Notes: generated by a model not told the origin, from the sequence alone. Positions 16,723 through 26,854 are shown, numbered from the stretch's first letter. The stretch: DNA of 36,179 bases from a virus (IMGVR_UViG_3300021168_000064:1-36179), one strand, 5' to 3'. Numbers and translations are program-made.

Positions 16723-18162
16723 ATGGCCACTCAGGCGCTCCCGTATGCCTACATATCGTTCCTACAGTTCAGACAGGCGCTTTCGCGCCGCTTATACGAC
16801 CCAAGTATGGTCTTCTGGACGGATGCGGAACTCGGTATCTATGCTACAGAAGCGCTGCGGACCTGGAATGCACTCACTGGGTACTGGCGTGGCGATTTCA
16901 CTTCCCCGTCGGCGATATTGACCACTTGGTACGATATCCCGAGTCTGGCTAACACGCTCCGGCCCTACACCGTCCCCGACCAATCCCTCTACGCGACCAT
17001 CCTCTACCATCTGCTGGAGCCGCCGACAGGCGTCGTCTCCGCCCAGTTCTCGAACGACGACATCGTCCAAGCCGTCCAACGGAGACGCGATGAACTCCTC
17101 TCGATCTCGAGCTGCACGCAGACTGTCCGCACGGTTGGCGCTGTCGCCGGGAGAATTACGCTCCCTGACACGGTCATTGACGTCAGGCGGATGGCCTATC
17201 TCCCGACTCAGTCAGTGCTTACAGGCAAAGGTTATGGCACTGGCCGCTATGGATTCGGGATCTATGGGCGGTCAGCGGCTGCGCGGATCGACATCCCGAG
17301 GCCGTCCGTCCTCTGGCCCGAGGACACGTTCGCGGAACAGTCCTACGATGCGCTCTACACGCTGAATCCGGCCGGGACACCGGGACTCCCCTCAACGTAC
17401 CTATTGACGACGCAGCCTCCCTTATCGTTCGATACGAACTGCCCGCCTGCCTTTGGAGGCAGCTACGAACTCCTGACCGTCGAGGCGGGCGTACCGCTTT
17501 CCTTCGCAGGTACAGCGACTCCATTCCTTATCCCCGATGACTGGACCCCTGCTCTCAAGTGGGGCGCGCTGGCTGACCTGTTCGCACGAGAGTCGAACGC
17601 GCAGGATCCTTTACGCGCTGCCTACTGTGAGCAACGCTACCGACAGCTCGCTGCAATCCTGCGCGACTCCGCGCCTGCGTTGCTGGCGATGCGCGTGAAC
17701 AATGTCCCAGCGCAGGTCAGCAGTGTCCGTGGGACCGACCTCTACAACACCTCATGGCAAGGCGCGGACCCAGGAGTCCCTCAGTCGGTCAGCTACGCCG
17801 GGATGAACCTATTCGCACTCAATCCGCCTGCGGATAGCGGCGTGAACGGCGTCCCTTACGACCTAACCGTGACGGTGGTGGAAAATGCGCCTGTACCTAC
17901 TTTGGATGCTGACCTCGTTCAGGTTTCTCGCGAGGACCTTGACGCGCTCCTAGACTACTGCGTCCACATCGCGATGCTGAAGGCAGGCGGCGCGGACTTC
18001 ATGGCGACGATGCCGCTCTACAAGCGGTTCATGTCGCAGGCGACTCTCTACAATCGCAAGTTGAGCGAGGCGGGCGAGTACACCGACACACTCATGGGCA
18101 TGGCCGTCCGTGAGCGCAACCTGAATCCGGTCCAGCAACCCGTCCCGGTCGAGGAACAGTAG
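16723..18162 (+). CDS. Tail adaptor/ring protein (putative, two adaptor-like units)
   Basis: 'RRLYDPSMVFWTDAELGIYATEALR' N-terminus and 'IPDDWTPALKWGALADLF' helix; directly upstream of the nozzle-like gene. Confidence 0.65.
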   Translation: MATQALPYAYISFLQFRQALSRRLYDPSMVFWTDAELGIYATEALRTWNALTGYWRGDFTSPSAILTTWYDIPSLANTLRPYTVPDQSLYATILYHLLEPPTGVVSAQFSNDDIVQAVQRRRDELLSISSCTQTVRTVGAVAGRITLPDTVIDVRRMAYLPTQSVLTGKGYGTGRYGFGIYGRSAAARIDIPRPSVLWPEDTFAEQSYDALYTLNPAGTPGLPSTYLLTTQPPLSFDTNCPPAFGGSYELLTVEAGVPLSFAGTATPFLIPDDWTPALKWGALADLFARESNAQDPLRAAYCEQRYRQLAAILRDSAPALLAMRVNNVPAQVSSVRGTDLYNTSWQGADPGVPQSVSYAGMNLFALNPPADSGVNGVPYDLTVTVVENAPVPTLDADLVQVSREDLDALLDYCVHIAMLKAGGADFMATMPLYKRFMSQATLYNRKLSEAGEYTDTLMGMAVRERNLNPVQQPVPVEEQ

Positions 18163-18163
18163 G

Positions 18164-21100
18164 ATGCCGAACGAGACCTTTACACGCGACCGACAAGGCC
18201 ACCGTGCAGCCTTCAAGGGCTGGTCACCGAACAATCCACCCGATTCGCTGGCACCGGACCAGTACCCATACGCGCAGAATGTAAGGGTCATCAATGACCT
18301 GTCGATCGAGACCCGCGCGGGGCAGGTCCTCTCGTTCGCGACAGGAACCGCTCCCGTCACAGACATGCGCTCCTATGTCGAACTCGAAACGGATGGCGTC
18401 CCGCGCACTCTCGCCCGCGACTCGACCGACGCGATCTGGCTCGACAACGGGACTCAGGTCGGGACACTTACTCCCGGCAGCCTCGGTGCTGTGTTCGTCC
18501 CGTTCCGCCCCAACCAGTCCCCGAACCCGTACATGTATATCGCTAATGGGGACGACTACCAGAAGTTCAGTGCGCCTAACCCGACCGTCGTCGCGTCCAA
18601 GGTCGGTATAGCAGAGCCGCAACCAGCCTGCGAAGCCGCGCAGGTCGCGCAGTCCTTTTTCGAGATCCTCTCGCCGGGCGGCACATGGAACACAGGCGGG
18701 ACGGCCTCGGCGTGGACCTCCGGTTCACGTTCCAGCGATATCATCGTCGCCTCCTTTGGAGACCCGGTATTCCCGACGCCCGAAGGCCATCTCCATCCTG
18801 TGACGCCGCCGCGGATCAGCATCCAGGTCTCGCCGACCGTCCAGTACCAGCGTGGCGAGATCCTCTACTTCAACGGAGCCTCACCCTTCATCGCCATCGT
18901 CGAAGAGGTCATCGCGCCCTTGTCGATCAGCATGACCGTCCAGGCAATCTACACGAAGCCTGACGGGCTGACCGTTGTCGCTCTGCAAGGGATCACCGCT
19001 CCGTCGAAGGCCAAGCTCCAGCAGACACAGTCCGGCGTGATCCTCGACAACTCCGAGGTGATCGCCCAGCTCGTCCGCGGCGCGATCATCCAGATCGGCT
19101 CCGAGTCCGCCTTCGTCAGGTCGGTCACGTCCGGCCCCGACAACCAGATATGCATCGAACTATTCCTGAACAATCCACACTCGGCGGGCGAGAACGTCGT
19201 CGGGCTGCCAACCATTATTGTGAATGGCGTCCCGCAGGGCGCGACGGTCACCGCCGGGACTCCCATCATCGGCGACATGGGCAACGTCGAGACCTTTTCT
19301 GTCGGGACCGGACTTGGGACCCTTACAACCGGACCTCCAGGCGGTGGACCGACTGGGACGATCATTGTCCGCGCGACCTCGACCCTGAATGGCTGGGGAC
19401 CTAACGGTCATGTCGGCGCTTACGAGATGGGCGTCAATCAGGGATTCGGTTGGGGGCTGGATCCGTCCACTACGTCCGGATACAACAATCCAGGGAATGT
19501 CAGCGACGGCAGTACGACCACTTTCGCCGACGCGACCGGCCAGCACACCCACACTTACTACGGCTCCATCTGGGCGTTCTTCGGCGGCGTCCCGCAATCC
19601 AGTATGGCTCTGAATATCAACTCCCGTGTCCTCGCGAATGGAGATGACGGACTGTCGGTTAATAGACGCTCTGCGGGAATCTGGTACTCGCTCGACAATG
19701 GCCTCACCTGGAACCAGATCTACAACATGGGGCCGCTACTCCCATCGGTCCAGCCGCTCTCACGCCCGCAGCAATGGGACTCCATCCCTCTCCCTGCAAA
19801 CCAGGACCTTACCCAGGTCCAGGTAATGGCCTTCACAGACTCGCACGACGACATGGTCCACCGAGTATATGAGATCAATATCTCGGCAGGAGCGGCCTCG
19901 ATCGGCGTCGGGACCGGAGCGTTCCAGGAATCGGACTACCTGCACTTCTCGGTACTGGTCGACAATCCAGCCAATCTCGCCGAGATGCGCCTGCAGTTCG
20001 ACGTCAGTGACGGGACCTTCCTGTCGAACTGGTTCATGACCGGAGTGCGACCGTCGGACCTTGTCAGCGCTACGACGGCGACGACGCCAATCACGCTCCT
20101 CGCAGCGACCCAAGCCATCGTGTCCGAAACGAACACGTACCAGGGCGCCGGTCAGCTCAACCTGACGACGTCGACGCCCTCAGTCGCCGGCGAAGGCCAA
20201 TGGACCGAGGTCTGGATCCCGATCAGCGCCCTCACGCGAATCGGCGGCGACCAGACCAAGACACTCGCCAACATAAACGCAGTGCAGGTCTATGTAAACG
20301 CGGTTGCGACTGTCCGGATCAGCATCTCCTCTATCGCGTTCGTCGGCGGCGGCCAGCCTGACGTCGGCGACATCGGCGAGCCTTATCGCTACCGGGTCCG
20401 GCCGCGCTCAAGCCTAACCGGCGCGATCGGGAATCCATCCCCGGATATGCGCTACGGCATCCCCGCGCGGCGCCAGCCTGTCCAGGTCGATCTCCCGTCA
20501 GCGGCCTACGACGCCCAAATAGATCGCTGGGACGTCTTCCGCTTCGGTGGCTCGGTCACCAGTTGGCGCTTCATCGGCTCCATCGTCTCCAGCGCGACCT
20601 CCTTCCAAGACAATTACCCTGACGAAGCCGCTCAGGCAGGCGAGGCGCTGGACTTCGATAACTTCGAGCCGTGGCCCTCTATCGACTTCCCGCTCAACGC
20701 GACGGCGTCGATCATCGTCGGTACGGAGGCGGTCGTCTCTATCCCGTCCCCGACCAATGCGCTCCGGTTCCTTCCCGGTAACCTTGTCAACCTTGGGGGC
20801 CAGTCCGTCTACACGCTCCGGAAGCGACCAGTCCTACTCAGTGGGACTAGCTACCTGTTCGAGTTCGTCGAATGCACTGCTGGATTCAACCAAGGTGCCA
20901 TCTCGGATAACGGTCAGGTCACGATCTACGAGCCTGCTCTCGCGCGACAGTTCCTTCCCTACATGTGGGGACCAGACGTGAACGGGACCGTATTCGCGGT
21001 CGGGGACCTACTCCGTCCAGGGACGCTCTACTTCGCCAAGGGGAATAATCCGGACAGTGCGCCGGACGCGTTCAACCAGGAGCTAGTCGCGCCGACAGAG

Positions 21101-22375
21101 CCGCTGATGGGTGGCCTAGTCCTCGATGGACTCTCGTTCGTCGCCTCCACCGAGCGCTGGTGGGCACTCTATCCTCAACCAACCAACCCGTTGCAGCGCT
21201 ATAATCCAGTCCAGCAGCCTCTCCCGCGCGGACTCGCCGCACCCTACGCTTGCACCACCGACGGCTCGCAGATCTTCTTCTGGGCGAAGGACGGGATCTG
21301 GTCATCCGGCAAAGGATCGCTGACCGACGCTGATCTCTATAACCTATTCCCGCATGACGGCGTCCCTGGAGAGGCGCAGACCTACGGGCCTCCAGGACTG
21401 GCGCACACGGTCCTTCCACCCGACTACGCTCAGGCTGGCACGTTCCGCTTAACCTACTGTAACTACTACCTCTACGCCACGTATCAGGACAACCTCGGTA
21501 ATTACAACACTCTCGTCTACGACACGCGACGCAACGCATGGGAGGTCGATCTCTACGCGTCGCAGGTCACGCGGTTCTATCATCCAGAGCAGCAGGCGGG
21601 GACGGTTCTATCGAGAGCGACCCGCTATCCAGAGCTACTGATGGCCGACATCAAGGGACGCGTCTCTATCCAAGCGCCCTTCAATAACGACTTGGACGGA
21701 CCTATCCCGGTCCTGCTCGCCACGTTCGAGGACCCAGGCGGGGACTTGCGCGCACTGAAGCAGTGGGGCGACACGTTCGTCGACGCCATCTGCCCGTCTG
21801 GCATGACCATCAACATGATGTCACAGGCGGTGCAGGTCGGAGCGCCGCTCGCGGTCGCTGCCTCCGCCACCCGCGCCCGTCAACCAGTCAGTGTCGGCAA
21901 CGCTCTCGTCGTCAGCGCCTTCATGGGACTCTATTTCAGTTGGACCGACGACTTCACCACGCAGACCGAGCCAACCACTCTGTTCCTGTGGCAGACCTCC
22001 TATGTAATTCAGCCAGCACAGACCATCCAGTGGCGGACGCTCGGGACCAGTTTTGGGATGCAAGGGTACGGGCATCTTCCACAAGTGTCCATCGCCTACA
22101 TCTCGGCAGCCGACGTGACGCTGCAAATCACTTCCTACGACGGTCAGTCTCCACTGCCTATCACGCTTCCATCGTCGGCGGGCACGTATGTCAAGAAGCT
22201 GTTTAGGGTCAGCGCGAATAAGGGACAGTTGTATGCGTTCGCCGCGACTTCATCAGCGCCTTTTCAGATATTTCTTGATGATAGCGAGGTTCTAGTCGGG
22301 GCTTGGTCTCGTCAGGATCCCTACGCCGTCATCAAGTCCTTCCTGTCCGGACCCGTAGATGGAGCACCTTTATGA
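18164..22375 (+). CDS. Tail nozzle / stabilisation protein (P22 gp10-like position) with inserted beta domains
   Basis: 1403 aa. N-terminal 'FKGW...PPDSL....Y.YAQNV' and propeller-like segments ('GTLYFAK..NPD', 'IFFWAKDGIW', 'TLVYDTRRNAW'). Confidence 0.65.
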   Translation: MPNETFTRDRQGHRAAFKGWSPNNPPDSLAPDQYPYAQNVRVINDLSIETRAGQVLSFATGTAPVTDMRSYVELETDGVPRTLARDSTDAIWLDNGTQVGTLTPGSLGAVFVPFRPNQSPNPYMYIANGDDYQKFSAPNPTVVASKVGIAEPQPACEAAQVAQSFFEILSPGGTWNTGGTASAWTSGSRSSDIIVASFGDPVFPTPEGHLHPVTPPRISIQVSPTVQYQRGEILYFNGASPFIAIVEEVIAPLSISMTVQAIYTKPDGLTVVALQGITAPSKAKLQQTQSGVILDNSEVIAQLVRGAIIQIGSESAFVRSVTSGPDNQICIELFLNNPHSAGENVVGLPTIIVNGVPQGATVTAGTPIIGDMGNVETFSVGTGLGTLTTGPPGGGPTGTIIVRATSTLNGWGPNGHVGAYEMGVNQGFGWGLDPSTTSGYNNPGNVSDGSTTTFADATGQHTHTYYGSIWAFFGGVPQSSMALNINSRVLANGDDGLSVNRRSAGIWYSLDNGLTWNQIYNMGPLLPSVQPLSRPQQWDSIPLPANQDLTQVQVMAFTDSHDDMVHRVYEINISAGAASIGVGTGAFQESDYLHFSVLVDNPANLAEMRLQFDVSDGTFLSNWFMTGVRPSDLVSATTATTPITLLAATQAIVSETNTYQGAGQLNLTTSTPSVAGEGQWTEVWIPISALTRIGGDQTKTLANINAVQVYVNAVATVRISISSIAFVGGGQPDVGDIGEPYRYRVRPRSSLTGAIGNPSPDMRYGIPARRQPVQVDLPSAAYDAQIDRWDVFRFGGSVTSWRFIGSIVSSATSFQDNYPDEAAQAGEALDFDNFEPWPSIDFPLNATASIIVGTEAVVSIPSPTNALRFLPGNLVNLGGQSVYTLRKRPVLLSGTSYLFEFVECTAGFNQGAISDNGQVTIYEPALARQFLPYMWGPDVNGTVFAVGDLLRPGTLYFAKGNNPDSAPDAFNQELVAPTEPLMGGLVLDGLSFVASTERWWALYPQPTNPLQRYNPVQQPLPRGLAAPYACTTDGSQIFFWAKDGIWSSGKGSLTDADLYNLFPHDGVPGEAQTYGPPGLAHTVLPPDYAQAGTFRLTYCNYYLYATYQDNLGNYNTLVYDTRRNAWEVDLYASQVTRFYHPEQQAGTVLSRATRYPELLMADIKGRVSIQAPFNNDLDGPIPVLLATFEDPGGDLRALKQWGDTFVDAICPSGMTINMMSQAVQVGAPLAVAASATRARQPVSVGNALVVSAFMGLYFSWTDDFTTQTEPTTLFLWQTSYVIQPAQTIQWRTLGTSFGMQGYGHLPQVSIAYISAADVTLQITSYDGQSPLPITLPSSAGTYVKKLFRVSANKGQLYAFAATSSAPFQIFLDDSEVLVGAWSRQDPYAVIKSFLSGPVDGAPL

Positions 22376-22665
22376 CCACCCGCTGGTACCCAAGCCATGA
22401 GCAGTTGAAGGACCCGCAGTCCACCGAACGGTCCTTTCGAGAGACCCTCCGCATCCTATATGACCTACAGGACTCGCACGCTGCGTTACAGGCTCAGGTC
22501 AAGTCCTCTCAAGCGGCTTCGCCGCAGTCGTCGGCGTCGTCGACCAGCACTGCCTCCGTGTCGCGCCTCCTTGGTCTCCCGGTCGAACCGTCCGACACGA
22601 CCCAGCTCGCCGACGGGACCACTCTTACGTATGACAAAAATAACCGCAGGTTCGTGTTCAAATGA
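22372..22665 (+). CDS. Small tail-associated protein (97 aa)
   Basis: ATGA overlap with the nozzle stop, GGAG SD; short coiled coil followed by a beta C-terminus. Confidence 0.65.
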   Translation: MTTRWYPSHEQLKDPQSTERSFRETLRILYDLQDSHAALQAQVKSSQAASPQSSASSTSTASVSRLLGLPVEPSDTTQLADGTTLTYDKNNRRFVFK

Positions 22666-22678
22666 TAAGATGCCCAGC

Positions 22679-25600
22679 ATGAAGCGACACCTGGCCCTGC
22701 TGCCTCTGCTACTGCTGCTCTCTATCGCGACGCGCGCACAGGTCGTCGCCTTCCCTGGCGCTCAGGGTGGCGGAGCGGCCAGCGTTGGCGGGCGCGGCGG
22801 CGTCGTCTTTGAGGTCACTAACCTGAACGATAGCGGGGCTGGCTCCCTACGTGCCTGCGTCATCGCGTCAGGACCACGGACCTGCGTGTTCCGCACGGGC
22901 GGCACGATCACGCTGCTGTCAGCGCTGATCGTCACCAATCCCTTCCTCACCATCGCCGGACAGACCGCGCCGGGCGGAGGAATCCAAGTCATCGGGACTG
23001 GAATCACCATCTCCCCGACGCATACCTTACAGATCAATACGCACGACGTTATCGTCCGCTATATGAAGTTCCGGCCGGGATTCAACTCCCTAGATGGGGC
23101 TGGTTCTGGTGACGGCAGCGCGGTCCTCGTCGGTAACTTCGGAGACGGCTACAACATCATGATCGACCATTGCTCGCTGGAACTCGCTCACGGCGAGTCC
23201 TATGTGACCTTCAGCAACGATCAATCAGGCAAGCATAACCAGACACTGTCATGGAGCATCGCTGGACTAATGCTGGGCGACCATCCGACCGCTATCCTAT
23301 CCGGAGCGAATGACCTGACCGGTACGGCGTCCATGATCGATATCGACTTCCACCATAATCTGATCGGCGTCGCCACGCACCGCAACCCTCTACTGAAGGG
23401 TCAGAACTCGCGCTTCGTAAACAACCTAGTCTACGATTGGTTCTACTACTCGTCCCTCGGTGGCGGTGGCATCGCGCTCGACTACATCAACAACATTTAC
23501 AAGGCTGGGCCGATGTTCACTGGAACGGGATCAGCTAGCGGATGGGAGATCACCTCATACTGGAACCAGACCTGCAACTCCGACTGCGGGCCGAACTCGC
23601 AGCCTTCTGTCTACATGAGCGGCAACATAGGTCCGAACGATCCGACTGCAGCCAACAACGCCGCCAACATGTACCGCCAAGACAGCGCTGAAGGACCAGG
23701 AACGATAAGCCCCGCTCCGAGTGCGTGGGTGCGCGGGACTCCACAGTCCGCTCCTGCGACCGGGACTGCGATCACCGCAGGTCCAACCGCTACTCTGGCC
23801 AGCAGCGTAACGGGCGGCGTAGGCGCGTCGCAGAAGTTGAGTGATACGGCCTGCGATGGAACCTTCGTGAGTAACCGTGACTCGCTCGACACGCTTATGG
23901 TCGGGTACTTTAACAACGCGACAGGACCGACAACCGGAACCGCTTATGGAGGCGGGCACGTTCCCACGACACAGGCTGACGTAGGAGGATTCCCGACACT
24001 AGTCGCAGGGACGGCTTGCGCCAGCACCTTGCACGACGGCATCGCCGACGCATGGAAGACCAAGTACGGGCTGAGCACGTCGGACCCGAATCTCTACAAG
24101 ACAACCGCCCCGAACGGCTACACTTACCTAGAGAGCTATCTCGGCGGGCTGTCCCCGACCGGTTCGAATGTCTACTACGCGCAGACCGCAGCAGGCGCGG
24201 GTAATGGCGCGGACTGTGCTGATGCTAAGGCTCTCCCGATCCTGATCGGCGACCAGATACCAGGCATCACCATCCATCTGTGCGGGACGATCACAGGCGC
24301 TCTTAGCGCTACCGGAATCACCGTCGGGGCCAGCGGCACGACAGGGAATCCGATCACGTTTCTATTTGAGCCGGGGGCGGTGATGACTTCCGCTGCCTGG
24401 GGCGCAGCCTTCACGATGAGCAACAAGAGCAACATCGTCATCGACGGAGGAACGAACGGCGTCATCCAAAACACAGCCAACGGCTCTCTACTGGCGAACC
24501 AGCTCGGCACAGGCGGAGTCTCGGTAACTTGTGGCAGCAATATCGAAATCAAGAATCTCAGCTTCATCAACATGTACGTCCACGTTCCGTCTGGAGAGGA
24601 CGGCGGCAGTTCAGGGGCGATCTCCGTAAATTCGTGTGCATCGCCGCAGTCAGGGCTGCACTTCCACAACCTCACCATTCACGACGCGCACAGCGGTATC
24701 TTCGTGCAGTACGGGCCGGGATTCTCTAATTCCGAGTTCGACCACAACACCATCTCCAACATTGTATGGGGCATCGCGCTGCTAGATAACAACAACGGAT
24801 CGACCGCGACCGGAGTCCTAGTCCATGACAACGACATCCACGACTTCGCAAACTGGTTCGACGGGGCGTTCAACTTCCACTTCGACGGGATCTTTTTCTC
24901 AGCGTTCGCGCCGAGTACGACCTTCACCAGCTCCAGCATCTGGAACAATCACGTCTGGGGTTCGACGAACGTAAACGGGACCGGGTATATCTTCCTCTCA
25001 GGCAGCGGCGGCGGCATGTTCGGTATCAACGTATTCAACAATCTACTTGGCGCTCCGGTAAGCATCCTTAGCCCGCCAACCCCTGCCGGTTCTCCTGAAG
25101 CCCATATCGTCATGGGATTCGGGCCGCACAACGTCAACTTCCTGAACAATACGATGGTCGGTATCGCGCAAGGAGCGCCGCAGAACTGTATCCGCATTAG
25201 AGACAGCGGCGCGTCTGGTATCGTCCTGCAGAACAACATTTGCAGCAACGCCGTCTCGGCCATCGACCTTTACGCAGGGAACACGGTCAGCGCAGCGAAC
25301 TATAACCTCTACGATCTACCGTCCGCGTTCAAGAACCTGCAGTATTTCGTGCATCCTGACGGGACATTCCAGGCGACCTTCGCGGCATGGATCTCCGCTA
25401 CCGGACTCGACACGCCGAACTCAGTCAGCGCCGCGCCTCTACTTAACTCCAGCACCTTCGTCCCACAATCCGGATCGCCTGCGCTCAACATGGGTTCCGG
25501 GACGAATTTGAGTAGCCAGTGTACCGGACAGCTCGTTCCACTCTGCTTCGATAAGCCGCAAGTAGTAGGTGCGGGAGCATCAGGCACGGGCAACGCGCGG

Positions 25601-26854
25601 CCTGCGACTGGACAATGGACTGTTGGGGCATATCAAGTTGTCTCCGGTTCCGTGGCTCCCGCAGCACCGACCGGACTCACGGGAACGGTCTCAGGGTCGA
25701 CAGTATCGCTATTGTGGACGGCATCGGCAGGCACACCCGCACCGACCGCTTACACTGAATATAGAGGGACGGTGCATGGCGGGCCTTATGTCGCCGTCAA
25801 GTCTGGGATCACATCTACTAGCGTGACCGACACTCCCGTCAATGGGACCTACTTCTACGTCGTCACGGCCTTTGTTGGCGGCGTCGTCTCTAGTATCAAT
25901 GGGAACGGATCGACGGCGACCGTGACCTGCGCCGCGGCGTGTACCTTCCCGAGCGGGACCGCCTTCACTATCGCGGGAGACTCGACCGTTGCGTTCAACG
26001 GGACCTTCACCTCGACAGGGCAGCCGACCTCTACTACCTTCACCTTCGCCTCATCGACAAGCGGATCCGGTACCGGCGGCGGCGCATGGCAGTCCGGTGC
26101 CGAGAGTGCGAAGTCGAACGAGATCACGGTGACGACGCCGGCGACTCTGACCGTCTCACTGCTACCCGCGAGTCGCGTCTTCGCATCCACTATAGTCGGG
26201 TCACCATCTGCGTCTCAGTCCGTCACCCTCACCAACACGAGCGGCTCAGGCGGGACCGTCACCATCAGCAGCAAGTCCATCACAGGTCCGAACGCGGGAG
26301 ACTTCAGCTTCACCGACAACTGTCCCTCTCTGCTGCTATCGACGGTTAGCTGCACCTTCAACATTACCTTCCTGCCAACCGCGCCGGGAGCGCGCTCCGC
26401 GAACCTGACCGTTGTAGATAACGCGACCGGGTCGCCGCAGACGGTAGCGCTCTCAGGTACCGGAGTCGCGCAGACACCTGTCGTCACGCTGAGTCCGACC
26501 TCACTGAACTTCGGTGACCAGTCCGTCTCAACGACGTCGACTGTCCGGTCGATCATCCTGACCAACACAGGCTCGGGGACGCTGACCGTCTCGTCCGTCG
26601 CCGCCTCGGGAGACTTCGCTGTCACGACGGTCCCATCTACTAATTGTGGCGGGACGCTGGCACCGTTAGCGACCTGCTCCCTGAACGTCACCTTCACGCC
26701 GACAGCGACTGGAGGCAGGACAGGCGCGGTAACCGTCACAGATAACGCCGCTGGCTCTCCACACGTCGCTACCCTGACCGGCAACGGCATAACTATTAAG
26801 TGCGCGATGACCGGAAACGTGACATTATCCGGAGCGGGGAGTGTGTGCCAATGA
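22679..26854 (+). CDS. Signal-peptide-bearing multidomain protein: PL1-type pectate lyase + second beta-helix + FN3 + two ASH/choice-of-anchor-D-like Ig domains
   Basis: MKRHLALLPLLLLLSIATRA|Q, then AFPGAQG.G....GGRGG.V.EVTNLNDSGAGSLR, TIAGQTAPGGGI, IDHCS, HRNP and DGIADAW. C-terminal repeats 'SVTLTNT...CTFNITFLPTAPGARSANLTVVDNATGSPQTVALSGTG'. Alternative start at 22670. Confidence 0.85.
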   Translation: MKRHLALLPLLLLLSIATRAQVVAFPGAQGGGAASVGGRGGVVFEVTNLNDSGAGSLRACVIASGPRTCVFRTGGTITLLSALIVTNPFLTIAGQTAPGGGIQVIGTGITISPTHTLQINTHDVIVRYMKFRPGFNSLDGAGSGDGSAVLVGNFGDGYNIMIDHCSLELAHGESYVTFSNDQSGKHNQTLSWSIAGLMLGDHPTAILSGANDLTGTASMIDIDFHHNLIGVATHRNPLLKGQNSRFVNNLVYDWFYYSSLGGGGIALDYINNIYKAGPMFTGTGSASGWEITSYWNQTCNSDCGPNSQPSVYMSGNIGPNDPTAANNAANMYRQDSAEGPGTISPAPSAWVRGTPQSAPATGTAITAGPTATLASSVTGGVGASQKLSDTACDGTFVSNRDSLDTLMVGYFNNATGPTTGTAYGGGHVPTTQADVGGFPTLVAGTACASTLHDGIADAWKTKYGLSTSDPNLYKTTAPNGYTYLESYLGGLSPTGSNVYYAQTAAGAGNGADCADAKALPILIGDQIPGITIHLCGTITGALSATGITVGASGTTGNPITFLFEPGAVMTSAAWGAAFTMSNKSNIVIDGGTNGVIQNTANGSLLANQLGTGGVSVTCGSNIEIKNLSFINMYVHVPSGEDGGSSGAISVNSCASPQSGLHFHNLTIHDAHSGIFVQYGPGFSNSEFDHNTISNIVWGIALLDNNNGSTATGVLVHDNDIHDFANWFDGAFNFHFDGIFFSAFAPSTTFTSSSIWNNHVWGSTNVNGTGYIFLSGSGGGMFGINVFNNLLGAPVSILSPPTPAGSPEAHIVMGFGPHNVNFLNNTMVGIAQGAPQNCIRIRDSGASGIVLQNNICSNAVSAIDLYAGNTVSAANYNLYDLPSAFKNLQYFVHPDGTFQATFAAWISATGLDTPNSVSAAPLLNSSTFVPQSGSPALNMGSGTNLSSQCTGQLVPLCFDKPQVVGAGASGTGNARPATGQWTVGAYQVVSGSVAPAAPTGLTGTVSGSTVSLLWTASAGTPAPTAYTEYRGTVHGGPYVAVKSGITSTSVTDTPVNGTYFYVVTAFVGGVVSSINGNGSTATVTCAAACTFPSGTAFTIAGDSTVAFNGTFTSTGQPTSTTFTFASSTSGSGTGGGAWQSGAESAKSNEITVTTPATLTVSLLPASRVFASTIVGSPSASQSVTLTNTSGSGGTVTISSKSITGPNAGDFSFTDNCPSLLLSTVSCTFNITFLPTAPGARSANLTVVDNATGSPQTVALSGTGVAQTPVVTLSPTSLNFGDQSVSTTSTVRSIILTNTGSGTLTVSSVAASGDFAVTTVPSTNCGGTLAPLATCSLNVTFTPTATGGRTGAVTVTDNAAGSPHVATLTGNGITIKCAMTGNVTLSGAGSVCQ

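Noticed and set aside
22460-22678. Tracked upstream start of the 1464-aa ORF
   Set aside because: The Arg-rich extension overlaps the 22372..22665 gene and would bury the signal peptide; 22679 or 22670 is preferred.
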